A stretch of 60,958 bases of DNA from the IMG/VR virus record IMGVR_UViG_3300045996_002303, positions 1 through 60,958 of that record, one strand, 5' to 3'. The number at the start of each line of letters is the position of its first letter. Position 1 is the first letter of the stretch. Made by a program: the position numbers and the translations under genes. Below the pieces are notes generated by a model. The model was not told the DNA's origin, ran no database searches, and saw only the letters and a list, made by a program, of their open reading frames with translations. This DNA is from a virus (taxonomy: Duplodnaviria; Caudoviricetes). Positions 10,831 to 20,294 of this stretch are shown piece by piece.

Positions 10831-11267
10831 TCAAGCGTGTCGCCAGATTTCTTCCACTGCTCGATCTTCTTTGCATTATAATCGAACGAATAGGAGTATG
10901 GGCTTTCTGTCTCGTCAAAAAATATCACACTGGCCAACTTGTATACAAAATCCGGCAAAGGCATTAGCTCTAATCGCTCCTTAAGGTTTAAATTGAGCTG
11001 GGCAATGTACATTACATTGATCTTCTTTGGATCGCTTAATAGCTTCTCCATCGCCTTCGTGTGGAGTTCCAAATATGCCTTATCAACCTTCATCTCCATT
11101 TCCGTATAAACCGCCAATGCTGCCAACATTCGGCCAGTGGGGACCTCAGCCGTTTGGTCAAACATGTAATAAGTTGTGCCGCCGAGTTGGAATGCCTCAA
11201 TTACCTTGTACTTATTATCCAGCAACCGGCTTCTGAAACGTTTTCTGAAGATCTTTCTCCAAATCAT
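10686..11267 (-). CDS. Tail assembly chaperone (gpG analogue)
   Basis: Upstream of TMP; contains T9 slippery run with an open -1 frame. Confidence 0.65.
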   Translation of the reverse strand: MIWRKIFRKRFRSRLLDNKYKVIEAFQLGGTTYYMFDQTAEVPTGRMLAALAVYTEMEMKVDKAYLELHTKAMEKLLSDPKKINVMYIAQLNLNLKERLELMPLPDFVYKLASVIFFDETESPYSYSFDYNAKKIEQWKKSGDTLDFFLSRLSNELIPSLKPATGNSKTFFQVAEQVAGIHLTDLTKILSANQ

Positions 11268-11445
11268 TCAAGCTTTTTAATGGAACAACTATTTCGTTCT
11301 TCCGTTTTATTTTGAATTGGTTTTTCGTCTTTCTGATATAGATCACAAAAGGGCCGTTACGGTATTTGTCGTTACGTATACCCCCGCAATCGCAGGAGCC
11401 ACACGAGTAGAATCCATACCCTTTTATGATTTCTTCAATATTCAT
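11215..11445 (-). CDS. Hypothetical protein
   Basis: Coupled ORF in late operon. Confidence 0.55.
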   Translation of the reverse strand: MNIEEIIKGYGFYSCGSCDCGGIRNDKYRNGPFVIYIRKTKNQFKIKRKNEIVVPLKSLNDLEKDLQKTFQKPVAG

Positions 11446-11729
11446 TATTGTTTATCCGGCGCCCATTTATTGATAATTACATTCCCTCCCATCGCCCCAA
11501 TAATTACTACCGGCCATTTCCATAATTCATGCTGCCAGGGTATTATCCAATAAAGGATTGAGCCATACCATGGGCACATGCAAATATTGCAAGCAAATAC
11601 AGCTGGATGGATTTTATCAGGCAAATGATCTTCCAGCCAATCGCCTAGCTTCCCAAATATTTCATCAGGCTGCATCGTGTAATGGATGGAAAGAACGAGT
11701 AAAGCGATTATGATGATTTGTTCGATCAT
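11445..11729 (-). CDS. Small membrane protein (DUF1360-like)
   Basis: Hydrophobic segments and CNICMCPW motif. Confidence 0.55.
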   Translation of the reverse strand: MIEQIIIIALLVLSIHYTMQPDEIFGKLGDWLEDHLPDKIHPAVFACNICMCPWYGSILYWIIPWQHELWKWPVVIIGAMGGNVIINKWAPDKQ

Positions 11730-11972
11730 TTACCCAATTTTAATTAACCCTGTCGCGGGAGCGCCACCATGATCCACAATAATCTGCGTCACCGGAAAAC
11801 CACTTAATTTGATTTGTGTCATAATACCCGCCGCCACATACTGCGTCCCATCCCAATAAGTCACTGATATATTTGGCGCTGATCCGAATTGAGATTGAAG
11901 CGAAGGCCCGTACGTGACCGTGCTGGTTGATTTATTAAAGAATGGTATTATGAGAGGATTGCAGCAACTCAT
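11730..11972 (-). CDS. Small putative virion protein (stand-alone shared beta domain)
   Basis: Paralogous to C-termini of ORFs 4037 and 11969. Confidence 0.55.
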   Translation of the reverse strand: MSCCNPLIIPFFNKSTSTVTYGPSLQSQFGSAPNISVTYWDGTQYVAAGIMTQIKLSGFPVTQIIVDHGGAPATGLIKIG

Positions 11973-12565
11973 GAAACTAAAATATAACCGGTAGCCGGAC
12001 CGGCATTTGAAACTACTATTGAGGTTAATACTTCATCTGTGAACACTTCCTGAATTCCAACATCAACTAATTGGTACTTTGTACCGCTGACGAGGTGATA
12101 AACCTGAATAACTGGACTATTACCGAACGATGCCAATAAACCACTTGTCCACTCAATAGTTATCTCGTCGTCATTTGTAAACGGAAATAATTGGGTTTGA
12201 CTGCCTGCCGCAGGCGTGCAACTGAAATCACAACCAAGCGTATCTTTCTCATAATTGCCGCCTTTAACAGTGAAGTTGATACAGTCGTATTCCTGAGCAA
12301 CCTTGAACTTCACGGGTTTACACCCGGTATCTTGGACCTGTAAAGTAAACTCGCCGGAATACTGTGTAAGTAGCCCGGACGGTAATTCATCAACCGGTAT
12401 TTGCCAAAATCCGTCTGAATCAGTTGTAAATTCTCCCTGGTATTTATTCCCAAATTTGTCGGTTATCACCCATGTATAATCTGTTAAAGGCGTCAATTGT
12501 GCATAAACCTGTACTGACAGGTTACATTTGGCGAGGTAGTCCGTGAAACAGCAATTGCAGTTCAT
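11969..12565 (-). CDS. Putative virion structural protein, Cys-rich
   Basis: Ig-like beta-rich sequence plus shared C-terminal domain. Confidence 0.55.
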   Translation of the reverse strand: MNCNCCFTDYLAKCNLSVQVYAQLTPLTDYTWVITDKFGNKYQGEFTTDSDGFWQIPVDELPSGLLTQYSGEFTLQVQDTGCKPVKFKVAQEYDCINFTVKGGNYEKDTLGCDFSCTPAAGSQTQLFPFTNDDEITIEWTSGLLASFGNSPVIQVYHLVSGTKYQLVDVGIQEVFTDEVLTSIVVSNAGPATGYILVS

Positions 12566-12611
12566 GAATTAAAGTTACAGTATTTTCAAATTAAATTGAA
12601 AGAATTGAAAA

Positions 12612-13859
12612 TTATTGCTTTAATACCCAGCGAAAGAAAGTGTTTAAATAATACCGGAAGCAGTCTAGGGCGTCAAGCTGTTTGGTGGGATCTTTCCGGT
12701 CGGTTTTGTCTAAAGAACCGTCAGGGAGTACCGCAGCGTATTCCAGGTCGAAGATTAATCCTTTACATTTATCTTTATCAAGGAGCACTGATTTGTTATG
12801 CAGAATTGAATTTACCAGAACCCGGTTTTCTTCAATTGACGGATTAATAGTAGGCACTTTTAATTGTGACGGTCCTAAGTTGAGTCTCGATTTGATAACT
12901 GTATAGTAATTCAAATTGTCTTTCACCAAAGCAGAGGAGGCCTTCCCTGTAGCGTCCCCAGTAACTATATACATAAACCCTGGATAATTGGTGATTATAT
13001 AATCACATAAATCATAAATATTTGAGTTGCTTAGCTTTATTTGTTCAATCCCATATATGCAATCGTTATAATGCTGAAATGCTCCACATGTAATCGGGTC
13101 TCGGTTGAAATCGAATGAAAGGAACAATTCAACAGATATTTTAACCTCCGTTTTCCCAATATGCTTTTCCGGATTATAGCAGTAAGCCCAAGCATTTATG
13201 TTATCTGTGACGAAACTTGCCAAGTATTCTTGCGCAAAGGTTAGTGGGTCCAATTGCAACCTGGCTTGTTCTATTTCTGATGGCAAAATATAGGGGTTGT
13301 CAGAGGTTGGTAATTGCCAGGACGTCCAATCATCGAACTTTTGATGCATCTGGAATTGTTCATAGAAATAGTTATTCTTGCCTTTAGGAGTACTCAAAAA
13401 CCACGCATCTCCTTGCATATCTGTTAAAGTTGGCCTTATAACCCTTATCCACGCCTCCTGTAAATAACGGACAATTGCCGCCTCATCTACAACTGCCCGT
13501 TTATATTTTCGCCCCCTAATAACGTCCGGTTCGTCTAAAGACCAGAAATCAATTACCCCGCCGCCGAAAATCTCGATCCGTTTTTCAGTTTCGGATTTTG
13601 TTCTAATTACCCCATGAAGCGTTTGGTTGATTTCCCTCCAAACTTCCATCAACATTTTATAGGTAGGTGCAAAATAGGCCACAGGATAGCCCGCGAGAAT
13701 GCCATTGCACTCATCATCAGGAGATAATAGCAAATCTTCGCTCAAGGCAGTTTTACCCCAACGCCTGCCGCAACAAAGGACATTAAACCGCTTTGCGTTA
13801 TTAATCACCTTAGTCTGGCCTTGGTGAAGTTGTTTGAGGTTTAGTATTATCTCTGACAA
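12612..13859 (-). CDS. terL: Terminase large subunit
   Basis: Walker A GRRWGKT, Walker B AVVDEAA, STPKG coupling motif, nuclease SFDFN and DALDCFRY. Confidence 0.95.
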   Translation of the reverse strand: MSEIILNLKQLHQGQTKVINNAKRFNVLCCGRRWGKTALSEDLLLSPDDECNGILAGYPVAYFAPTYKMLMEVWREINQTLHGVIRTKSETEKRIEIFGGGVIDFWSLDEPDVIRGRKYKRAVVDEAAIVRYLQEAWIRVIRPTLTDMQGDAWFLSTPKGKNNYFYEQFQMHQKFDDWTSWQLPTSDNPYILPSEIEQARLQLDPLTFAQEYLASFVTDNINAWAYCYNPEKHIGKTEVKISVELFLSFDFNRDPITCGAFQHYNDCIYGIEQIKLSNSNIYDLCDYIITNYPGFMYIVTGDATGKASSALVKDNLNYYTVIKSRLNLGPSQLKVPTINPSIEENRVLVNSILHNKSVLLDKDKCKGLIFDLEYAAVLPDGSLDKTDRKDPTKQLDALDCFRYYLNTFFRWVLKQ

Positions 13860-14106
13860 TTCGGATTATTGTTTCGTTCTTAGTGTCGCCAATGAATTCA
13901 GTACGTGAGAGTTTTGGCGCTTTGTATTCTAGTAGGTCGCAATAAAGTGTTACCCTTTGTGAAGCTGTTAGTTTTTTAATATCATTTTCGAGGTGATCTG
14001 TTTCTATAATAGCAAGCACCTTCGAAACCCGGTCTAAAACTTCCGCAGTTTTTTTATTTGGAGTACCTTTGGTTCTCCCACCTGACTTAATGCCATTTCT
14101 TGCCAT
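13810..14106 (-). CDS. terS: Terminase small subunit
   Basis: GGRTKGTPNKKT motif, YKAPKL; directly upstream of terL. Confidence 0.75.
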   Translation of the reverse strand: MARNGIKSGGRTKGTPNKKTAEVLDRVSKVLAIIETDHLENDIKKLTASQRVTLYCDLLEYKAPKLSRTEFIGDTKNETIIRIVRDNTKPQTTSPRPD

Positions 14107-14145
14107 TTCTACTTAATCTATTGTAGATTAATTATATAATTATAA

Positions 14146-14724
14146 TTAAATCGCATTCTTTAACCCATAATTCGACATAGCCATTATTTTAGCATATTCT
14201 TTTTTGTATCTTCTGCCCGCACAAATATTTATAATTGTCGCTTCTGATGCATCCATTTGCGAAGCAATTTCTTTAGCAGATTGTCCATTCCTGAAACGAG
14301 CAATTAATATTTTCAGAATGTCAACTTCGCTGAATTTTGCCTTACAATGTTTGGCACCATGGCGATTACTAATAAAGTCGACACCGTGTTGAGAATTTTG
14401 GCTATAGCTACACCATTCTAAATTATTCAATTCGTTATTTTTACGATTGCCGTCAATATGGTTTACTACCTGATAATCAAGCGGGTTAGGTATAAAATGT
14501 TCCGCAATAAGCCTATGTATAAACCCGGTTGTTCGCACATTGTCAATTGACATCACAATGGTCCAGTAACCATGACTAAGACCGGGTTTAAGTAGTTTGG
14601 GCTGTAATCGTGGCCTTCCATGGAAATAAAGACTTTTGACCGTCCCTTTATTCGAAATTTCGTATTTTCCATCGGTGCCATTTATTGGAATGAATACCTC
14701 TTCCATAAGAATTCCTTTCATCAA
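14146..14724 (-). CDS. NUMOD4-HNH endonuclease
   Basis: YEISNKG, HRLIAEHFIPNP, VNHIDGNRKNNELNNLEW. Confidence 0.88.
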   Translation of the reverse strand: MMKGILMEEVFIPINGTDGKYEISNKGTVKSLYFHGRPRLQPKLLKPGLSHGYWTIVMSIDNVRTTGFIHRLIAEHFIPNPLDYQVVNHIDGNRKNNELNNLEWCSYSQNSQHGVDFISNRHGAKHCKAKFSEVDILKILIARFRNGQSAKEIASQMDASEATIINICAGRRYKKEYAKIMAMSNYGLKNAI

Positions 14725-14742
14725 ATATACTGAAAGTTCAAT

Positions 14743-14964
14743 TTATTTTGAAAATTCAATATTTAGTTCCACGGGAAACACCTCCTCCCGACAAAATATA
14801 TACTCTGCTTTATTCGTTTTCATATTGAGACAGTGGCGTTTAGTCTGTGCAGTCCAGTGCTGAGTCGGCATATGGGTTATGGTCCGGTAGGTCGTTTTGC
14901 AGCCCTTCTTACGGAAGTATTCTGAAATCCCCAGTTCACCCAGTTGTTTTGGTTTCGGTTTCAT
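14743..14964 (-). CDS. Hypothetical protein
   Basis: ORF in early operon. Confidence 0.5.
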   Translation of the reverse strand: MKPKPKQLGELGISEYFRKKGCKTTYRTITHMPTQHWTAQTKRHCLNMKTNKAEYIFCREEVFPVELNIEFSK

Positions 14965-14978
14965 AGCGATTGTTTTGC

Positions 14979-15506
14979 TTACCCTTTCTCATCAAGTATC
15001 AGCAAATCATTCTGATCCTTGGGCCAGGTTACGGTACTATCGCCCCATATGAATGCCCCTTCTTTATTGAACATGCCAGCCCCTTTTGACCTGCTATCTT
15101 TTGCGTGGTAAGGCATACCGGCCTCGTGTTTGAACTCCGATGCCTTCACCCACTTCGGGCCCGTCCTCACTGCTTCCCGTTTCCCTCTTTCGTAACCGGT
15201 GTCATGGCCTGCTGAATACCCGGACTGAAATGTTGCTTCTTCAAGGGACATACCAGCAAGCTGGTTAGCTACTATCTGTTCCCCTGCGCCAGCGTATTCA
15301 AACATTAAATGCGCGATCATTGAATTTCTTCTCAATAACTCTTTCTGCTCCTCCGTAGTCATTGCATCAAATCTTTCTTTGTCGGCTACAGCGCATGGCT
15401 CGCATTGTACTGCGCGCTTGTTGCCATGAAACCTAGTATTGCACGTTGCGCATGTACAGTTATAATTCCCCGGCGCATATCCCCCTATCGGGTATTTCTT
15501 TTCCAT
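14979..15506 (-). CDS. Hypothetical protein with N-terminal zinc-ribbon
   Basis: GYAPGNYxCxCxxC...CxxC. Confidence 0.6.
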   Translation of the reverse strand: MEKKYPIGGYAPGNYNCTCATCNTRFHGNKRAVQCEPCAVADKERFDAMTTEEQKELLRRNSMIAHLMFEYAGAGEQIVANQLAGMSLEEATFQSGYSAGHDTGYERGKREAVRTGPKWVKASEFKHEAGMPYHAKDSRSKGAGMFNKEGAFIWGDSTVTWPKDQNDLLILDEKG

Positions 15507-15519
15507 GTTGGTTATTGTT

Positions 15520-15744
15520 TTATATTTTCACACAAATAGATGCTGGGTACGGCGCTGCCTGGCTGTGTTTCTTTGGGTCATCGTCGCCTATCGGAAATTC
15601 GATCAGTAAATAACCATCTTCCAATATTTCAGAAACAACGCCTTCGTTATTTGGTTTCGCTCCCGGAGGCGCAAACTGTTGTAGCATCAATAGTCCTTGA
15701 TCCAATACGCGAACTTTGTCGCCTACTTGTAAGTTGTTTTGCAT
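15520..15744 (-). CDS. Hypothetical SH3/KOW-like small protein
   Basis: LQVGDKVRV...GVVSEI. Confidence 0.55.
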   Translation of the reverse strand: MQNNLQVGDKVRVLDQGLLMLQQFAPPGAKPNNEGVVSEILEDGYLLIEFPIGDDDPKKHSQAAPYPASICVKI

Positions 15745-15747
15745 TGT

Positions 15748-16056
15748 TTATTGTTGTGGGGTTATCTTGAAAACTTTCCTTTTCTTCGGCACCATAATCG
15801 TCTCTTCTTTAACCTCTACTGTAAAGTCTACATTGTTAATTTTTGGGAAAATATCATTAGGCGTGCATTTGAATAGTTGACACATCGTAACAATATTCTC
15901 AGCAGTAAGTCCCTGACGACCAGTTTCGATATTGGTTACTGATGTTCGAGTAATATTTAATATTGCCGCAACTACTTCCTGGCTTACACCTGCTGACTTT
16001 CGTAGTTCCTTCACTCGCTTACCAAGATAAAGTCTTAGTTCTTTATCGATGTTCAT
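15748..16056 (-). CDS. XRE-family HTH transcriptional regulator
   Basis: VKELRKSAGVSQEVVAAILNITRTSVTNIETG. Confidence 0.88.
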   Translation of the reverse strand: MNIDKELRLYLGKRVKELRKSAGVSQEVVAAILNITRTSVTNIETGRQGLTAENIVTMCQLFKCTPNDIFPKINNVDFTVEVKEETIMVPKKRKVFKITPQQ

Positions 16057-16511
16057 TGTTTATCCTCCTTTTCGGGCCGCAGGCCAGTATAAAATTCGTT
16101 TAGCGCATCTTGGCCTAACTTCTGCCTTACGAAATATCTCAATTTCTGGTATTCGTCATATTCCCTCCTTGCTGATACGGCTTTGTTCACCTTTTTTATT
16201 TCAGTATTTAGAAGAGTTAACTCAGCCATTACCTTACGTTGTTTCCATGCTGGTGTTTTCGGGTCATTGAATATGGCCCTTAATTCTGCCCTTTTATCTT
16301 CCTGTGAGAGAACCTGCTGTTTCAATATCTCAGTAAGGGCAAATGTAAGCCTGGTGGTTGCGATGGCTTTAACTTCTTCTACCTCATAAAACCGCTTCGT
16401 TGCTACTTCTTCTGCTATGTTCTTGGCGAAGTCCTCAATTATTTTGTCGATCTCAATTGCCTCCATCTCCCACCTCCTTCTCCCCTGCGAGGGCTTCGTT
16501 GCGTAGTACAT
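16053..16511 (-). CDS. Hypothetical protein (start probably ~16466)
   Basis: Overlapping early-operon ORF. Confidence 0.5.
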   Translation of the reverse strand: MYYATKPSQGRRRWEMEAIEIDKIIEDFAKNIAEEVATKRFYEVEEVKAIATTRLTFALTEILKQQVLSQEDKRAELRAIFNDPKTPAWKQRKVMAELTLLNTEIKKVNKAVSARREYDEYQKLRYFVRQKLGQDALNEFYTGLRPEKEDKQ

Positions 16512-17037
16512 CAGTTACATCGTGGTATTTTTTAAATATAGCATCTGCCTGTTTATAATACTTCTCTTGATCTCTTGATAACTCAACATGCATGAACGCC
16601 TTCAATAACATTCGCATGGCCAGCCGCATTTCATATCGTTCCTTCTCGTACCGCTCGACTTTGGCTTGGAGGGCGGCGTAGTCCTGCTTACTTCGTGCCC
16701 AAACTTCACCCCCGTGAATATAATTTGCATACTTTATGATTGCGTCAATAGCAATAGCACAATGAATGTTTATTTCTTCGGTAAACCTATTCATGTTGCC
16801 ATCCTTTCCTTGTCGGAATCCAGCAACCCTTATTGTCCCGCATTGGCTACATACGCACACGCTCACATCATGGTAAAAATTAGGGCCGCTTCCAGATTCT
16901 TCCGATTGAAATGCCCAAGATGAAAATCCATTTGGCAACTTATGTACGCATATTGCGGGTTCGTATTCCGGTAATTGCGGTTGTGTGTTATTGGTCATTG
17001 GCTTTAATTTTATACTTATTTGGGATATTGGGGTCAT
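16453..17037 (-). CDS. Hypothetical protein (start probably ~16998)
   Basis: Early-operon ORF. Confidence 0.5.
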   Translation of the reverse strand: MTPISQISIKLKPMTNNTQPQLPEYEPAICVHKLPNGFSSWAFQSEESGSGPNFYHDVSVCVCSQCGTIRVAGFRQGKDGNMNRFTEEINIHCAIAIDAIIKYANYIHGGEVWARSKQDYAALQAKVERYEKERYEMRLAMRMLLKAFMHVELSRDQEKYYKQADAIFKKYHDVTDVLRNEALAGEKEVGDGGN

Positions 17038-17290
17038 TTATTGTTTGCACTGGCAGAATAACAATCCCTATATCTTGATTAAAGGATTGGTATAATAAAT
17101 ACCTTTCCTCCAAAATATTGGTATTTTCAACTAGCCCTTGCGTTGCTACCAATACCATTTTACACTTCTTTGGGTTGTGAGTAAACCTAACATCTCTCAT
17201 TAGCTTATTTAGTTTATCCCAATTGTTCTTCTTAATAAAGTCCATCACTTTATAATGCAGTTCTTTAAGGTCTGTAATTTCGTTATCCAT
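16988..17290 (-). CDS. Hypothetical protein
   Basis: Early-operon ORF. Confidence 0.5.
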   Translation of the reverse strand: MDNEITDLKELHYKVMDFIKKNNWDKLNKLMRDVRFTHNPKKCKMVLVATQGLVENTNILEERYLLYQSFNQDIGIVILPVQTINDPNIPNKYKIKANDQ

Positions 17291-17546
17291 TGCTTACCTC
17301 CTTGTATTTGGCGAGTATTCCTAATAACTTACTTTTGTAGGTTCCATTTTCCATCCACCCTACAATGCAATCAATTTGGTCAATTGTGTCTTGCGCCCTC
17401 TCTGCCTCATGTAGTGCGCCTTCCTGATATCCCTTAACTTTATCGTCATTGTAAAACTTATTGCTTCCGTTGTATGGAACAACGAAGCCGTACCTGTCAG
17501 CGTCCGCATTAATTCGAGTGAGGGTTTCTTTACTTAGGTTGCTCAT
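17283..17546 (-). CDS. Hypothetical protein
   Basis: Early-operon ORF. Confidence 0.55.
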   Translation of the reverse strand: MSNLSKETLTRINADADRYGFVVPYNGSNKFYNDDKVKGYQEGALHEAERAQDTIDQIDCIVGWMENGTYKSKLLGILAKYKEVSNG

Positions 17547-17830
17547 TACAGATAGCTTTTAAGTTCTAAATCTGGTTTGCTGTGGTCGTAGTATGGAATC
17601 AATTCATAAGGCTTCCCACCTAAGAATATTTCCGCAGCAACCAATATGCTTTTCTTTGCATTCCCCTTCCGCGTATACGTCTCGCTCGATCGCGCTATGA
17701 TGCGGCCGTTCTTAGAAACTATATTCCAATACCATTCAGTTTTGCCCTGGTAGCCTGTCCCTTTTTTAATCGGCTTCCAGTTGTACGACTTGTGCAAGTG
17801 GATGCCTGGTTTGAGTTTAGTGTTTTTCAA
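17546..17830 (-). CDS. DUF1508/YegP-like protein
   Basis: WYWNIVSKNGRIIARSSETYTRKGNAKKSI. Confidence 0.75.
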   Translation of the reverse strand: MKNTKLKPGIHLHKSYNWKPIKKGTGYQGKTEWYWNIVSKNGRIIARSSETYTRKGNAKKSILVAAEIFLGGKPYELIPYYDHSKPDLELKSYL

Positions 17831-17831
17831 C

Positions 17832-18191
17832 TTATTGCTTTTTAAGTATTAACCAATTTTTGTTTGTGTCACATCCTTTTGAAGTCAGCAAGCATTTGAA
17901 CGACCCCGTAGCATCAATGTGGGACCGATTGCCGTGGTAGCATTTAAAGAAAAGATCACCATCAGTTTCAATAATTGAAGTAACATCCTTAATCCTCGCC
18001 TCCTTACTCGTGCAGACTATTTGCCATGTGCCGGGGTCGATTTGTATTGGCACTGGCAGGCCCGGTTTGAACATCTTATCTTTTAAGTAGACCATTACCG
18101 CTAATGGATGATCTTCTTTGTTATACAATTCGTAATGAACTGTCTCCTCCGGCACCTCAGCCGCAAAAAAGTTATCTCGTAGTTGTATCAT
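17832..18191 (-). CDS. Hypothetical protein
   Basis: Coupled ORF. Confidence 0.5.
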   Translation of the reverse strand: MIQLRDNFFAAEVPEETVHYELYNKEDHPLAVMVYLKDKMFKPGLPVPIQIDPGTWQIVCTSKEARIKDVTSIIETDGDLFFKCYHGNRSHIDATGSFKCLLTSKGCDTNKNWLILKKQ

Positions 18192-18499
18192 GGCGCTACC
18201 CTCCTCTTACACCCCCACACAGTATACTCCGGCCCGATCGTTATCCATCTCTTACGCCAGAACCTCAGATGCTTGCCGGTACATACATTATCCTTATACA
18301 CACAATACCCGTCGATCGAGTGCGTGAACGCCGGCGGTTCATGCGAGATGAGGATACGGGAGGGGAGGGTGTCGAGGGTGGTAGCCGACTTTATACCCCA
18401 CCGCTCAGGGTCGAACCTGCGCATGTAAACTGTATCGGGCACCTGGCTGAACCCGTCCAGCGAGCCGGAGAAGATCCAGAGAAGGAGGAGTTTTTTCAT
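18188..18499 (-). CDS. Hypothetical protein with possible signal peptide
   Basis: MKKLLLLWIF N-terminus. Confidence 0.5.
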   Translation of the reverse strand: MKKLLLLWIFSGSLDGFSQVPDTVYMRRFDPERWGIKSATTLDTLPSRILISHEPPAFTHSIDGYCVYKDNVCTGKHLRFWRKRWITIGPEYTVWGCKRRVAP

Positions 18500-18543
18500 G
18501 AGTTTGCTTTTTATTAGGTTATCAATCGGGTACGGATTAGTTT

Positions 18544-18960
18544 TTAATCGTGTTCGTATTCTTCCTTTTCGATTGTTCCATCACGATTCACGGTTATCTC
18601 CATGTGATCACCAAAAAGGTCTTTGTAGAATTCATCAGGAACGGACTGAAGGATATCTGATAGTTCAGCATATACAGCCTTCTTGTCCTCAATCCCATAA
18701 ACGGAATCATCATAGTAATCGACGCCATTTATTTCAAGTGAGCTATAATCGTTACTTACACCAAAAACACATTCATCGCCATCATTGAAATAGGGTGTGT
18801 ATTGGCGCCATTGAAACTTTTCAACCCACTCGTGTTTCGCAAAGAAGTCTTTGAACAAGTCAGGAAACTGCTTTTGCAATTCTTCGCATAGTTGCTTTCT
18901 CTTTTCATCGAAGGCCGCGATCTCTGATTTAATTTTTTCAATCAGTTCCATTTTAATCAA
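18544..18960 (-). CDS. Conserved phage hypothetical protein
   Basis: WRQYTPYFNDGDECVF motif. Confidence 0.6.
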   Translation of the reverse strand: MIKMELIEKIKSEIAAFDEKRKQLCEELQKQFPDLFKDFFAKHEWVEKFQWRQYTPYFNDGDECVFGVSNDYSSLEINGVDYYDDSVYGIEDKKAVYAELSDILQSVPDEFYKDLFGDHMEITVNRDGTIEKEEYEHD

Positions 18961-19351
18961 TTGTTTTATGTGAATAATCGGTATCCTTTACTTTGTACAG
19001 CTTCTTTGCGGAATCAGGTGTGCCGCGCCCGTTCTGCATCCACTGTTTAAATTCCATTTCCTGAATAAAGTCCTGCGGGGTCGGTATGAATTTGTGCCGG
19101 TAATCTTCCAATATGTGCTGCTCGCATATGTCTTTAACCGATACCAGCTTGCCATCGGAATTTGTCAGTGTATGGCCGAACAGCGGTACCATAACCTCCT
19201 GAATCCAAAACATCGTATGAGTCAGCACCCGGTGCCGGTTGTCCGGGAAATATCCTTTGCTGCAGTCCATCTTTGCGTGCAAATGAATGTAGTCTTCCAT
19301 CTTGCCGCCGTACTTTTTAGCTGACGATATTGCGTGTATGTGTGGGGTCAT
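18953..19351 (-). CDS. DUF6915-like phage protein
   Basis: HAISSAKKYGG...DNRHRVLTH...EQHILED. Confidence 0.65.
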   Translation of the reverse strand: MTPHIHAISSAKKYGGKMEDYIHLHAKMDCSKGYFPDNRHRVLTHTMFWIQEVMVPLFGHTLTNSDGKLVSVKDICEQHILEDYRHKFIPTPQDFIQEMEFKQWMQNGRGTPDSAKKLYKVKDTDYSHKTID

Positions 19352-19791
19352 TGTGCAATAGTTTTTTGATCTACGGCCAAACCCGCATCAATTAGGTTGA
19401 ACAAATCGAAGTGTTGGCGCAGGAGGTAGTGGACAATATATATCGCCTTTTGAAAGTCGCCTTCAGCAACAGACATTTGGCTTATCCCATTTGCTTTAAA
19501 TGAAGGATAGTAATGTAGCACATCATCCCTGTTTGCGTCGGGGTCTACGATTTTTACCGCTTCAAAAAACTCCTCCTCAGTCATATCTTCCAGCCGGCGG
19601 AGATGCAGCTGAACGCCTTTATTTCTTTCACACATTTCAATAATGTAAGGCAGCGTTTTCGCATTCAGGTTGCCCTGACTGTTGTTTGTCCAGTAGTCGC
19701 AGCCGATGTAATAATGTAAGTAGTCAATCAGGTTCATTGTTATGCTTTTTTGGTGAGGGATGGGGTGTAGTCGATGGATGGCGACCAGCAA
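19348..19791 (-). CDS. Hypothetical protein (start probably ~19737)
   Basis: LHLRRLEDMTEEE, HFDLFNLIDAGLA; typical Bacteroidota phage ORF. Confidence 0.55.
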   Translation of the reverse strand: MLVAIHRLHPIPHQKSITMNLIDYLHYYIGCDYWTNNSQGNLNAKTLPYIIEMCERNKGVQLHLRRLEDMTEEEFFEAVKIVDPDANRDDVLHYYPSFKANGISQMSVAEGDFQKAIYIVHYLLRQHFDLFNLIDAGLAVDQKTIAQ

Positions 19792-20294
19792 ATTATCTGG
19801 CCGGTGAACAGCAATTCTTTTTTCTTCGGATGAATTCTAAACCAATTGTAGAAGTCGATCAGGTTAAGGCCGTCATTTAGCGCAACTTGTTCCTGCCCTT
19901 CTTTGTCTTGTAGAGCATCATTCACCTTCACTTCAAAAGTAAATTCGGAAGCATACACTACTATATCCCACACCCTCTTTACCTCCACCTGCGCGAACTC
20001 AATTTGCTTGCTGCGGTACGGCTTATCAGACCACACACGCAGGCTTGCCATTTCACCGGGTTTCCAGCGGTCGCCACTGCGGATGGTGTGGTGTTTGATA
20101 TCGCGAATCGCCATTGATTCTAAATATTCATCGCCTTTTAGCAAAGGGACGTAGCTTTCTGTCCACGGCCTGAATTGCTCAGGCAATGCAAAATTTTCCC
20201 TGAATCCGTTCCATACCTTTTCAACGAAGTACGTGGGCTGCCCTGCCTTCGGATGCCTGGTGGGAAACTGCCTGCTAAATGTCAATACTTTCAT
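19740..20294 (-). CDS. ASCH/PUA-like protein
   Basis: KHHTIR...WKPG...WSDKPYRSKQ, ALNDGL. Confidence 0.6.
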   Translation of the reverse strand: MKVLTFSRQFPTRHPKAGQPTYFVEKVWNGFRENFALPEQFRPWTESYVPLLKGDEYLESMAIRDIKHHTIRSGDRWKPGEMASLRVWSDKPYRSKQIEFAQVEVKRVWDIVVYASEFTFEVKVNDALQDKEGQEQVALNDGLNLIDFYNWFRIHPKKKELLFTGQIICWSPSIDYTPSLTKKA

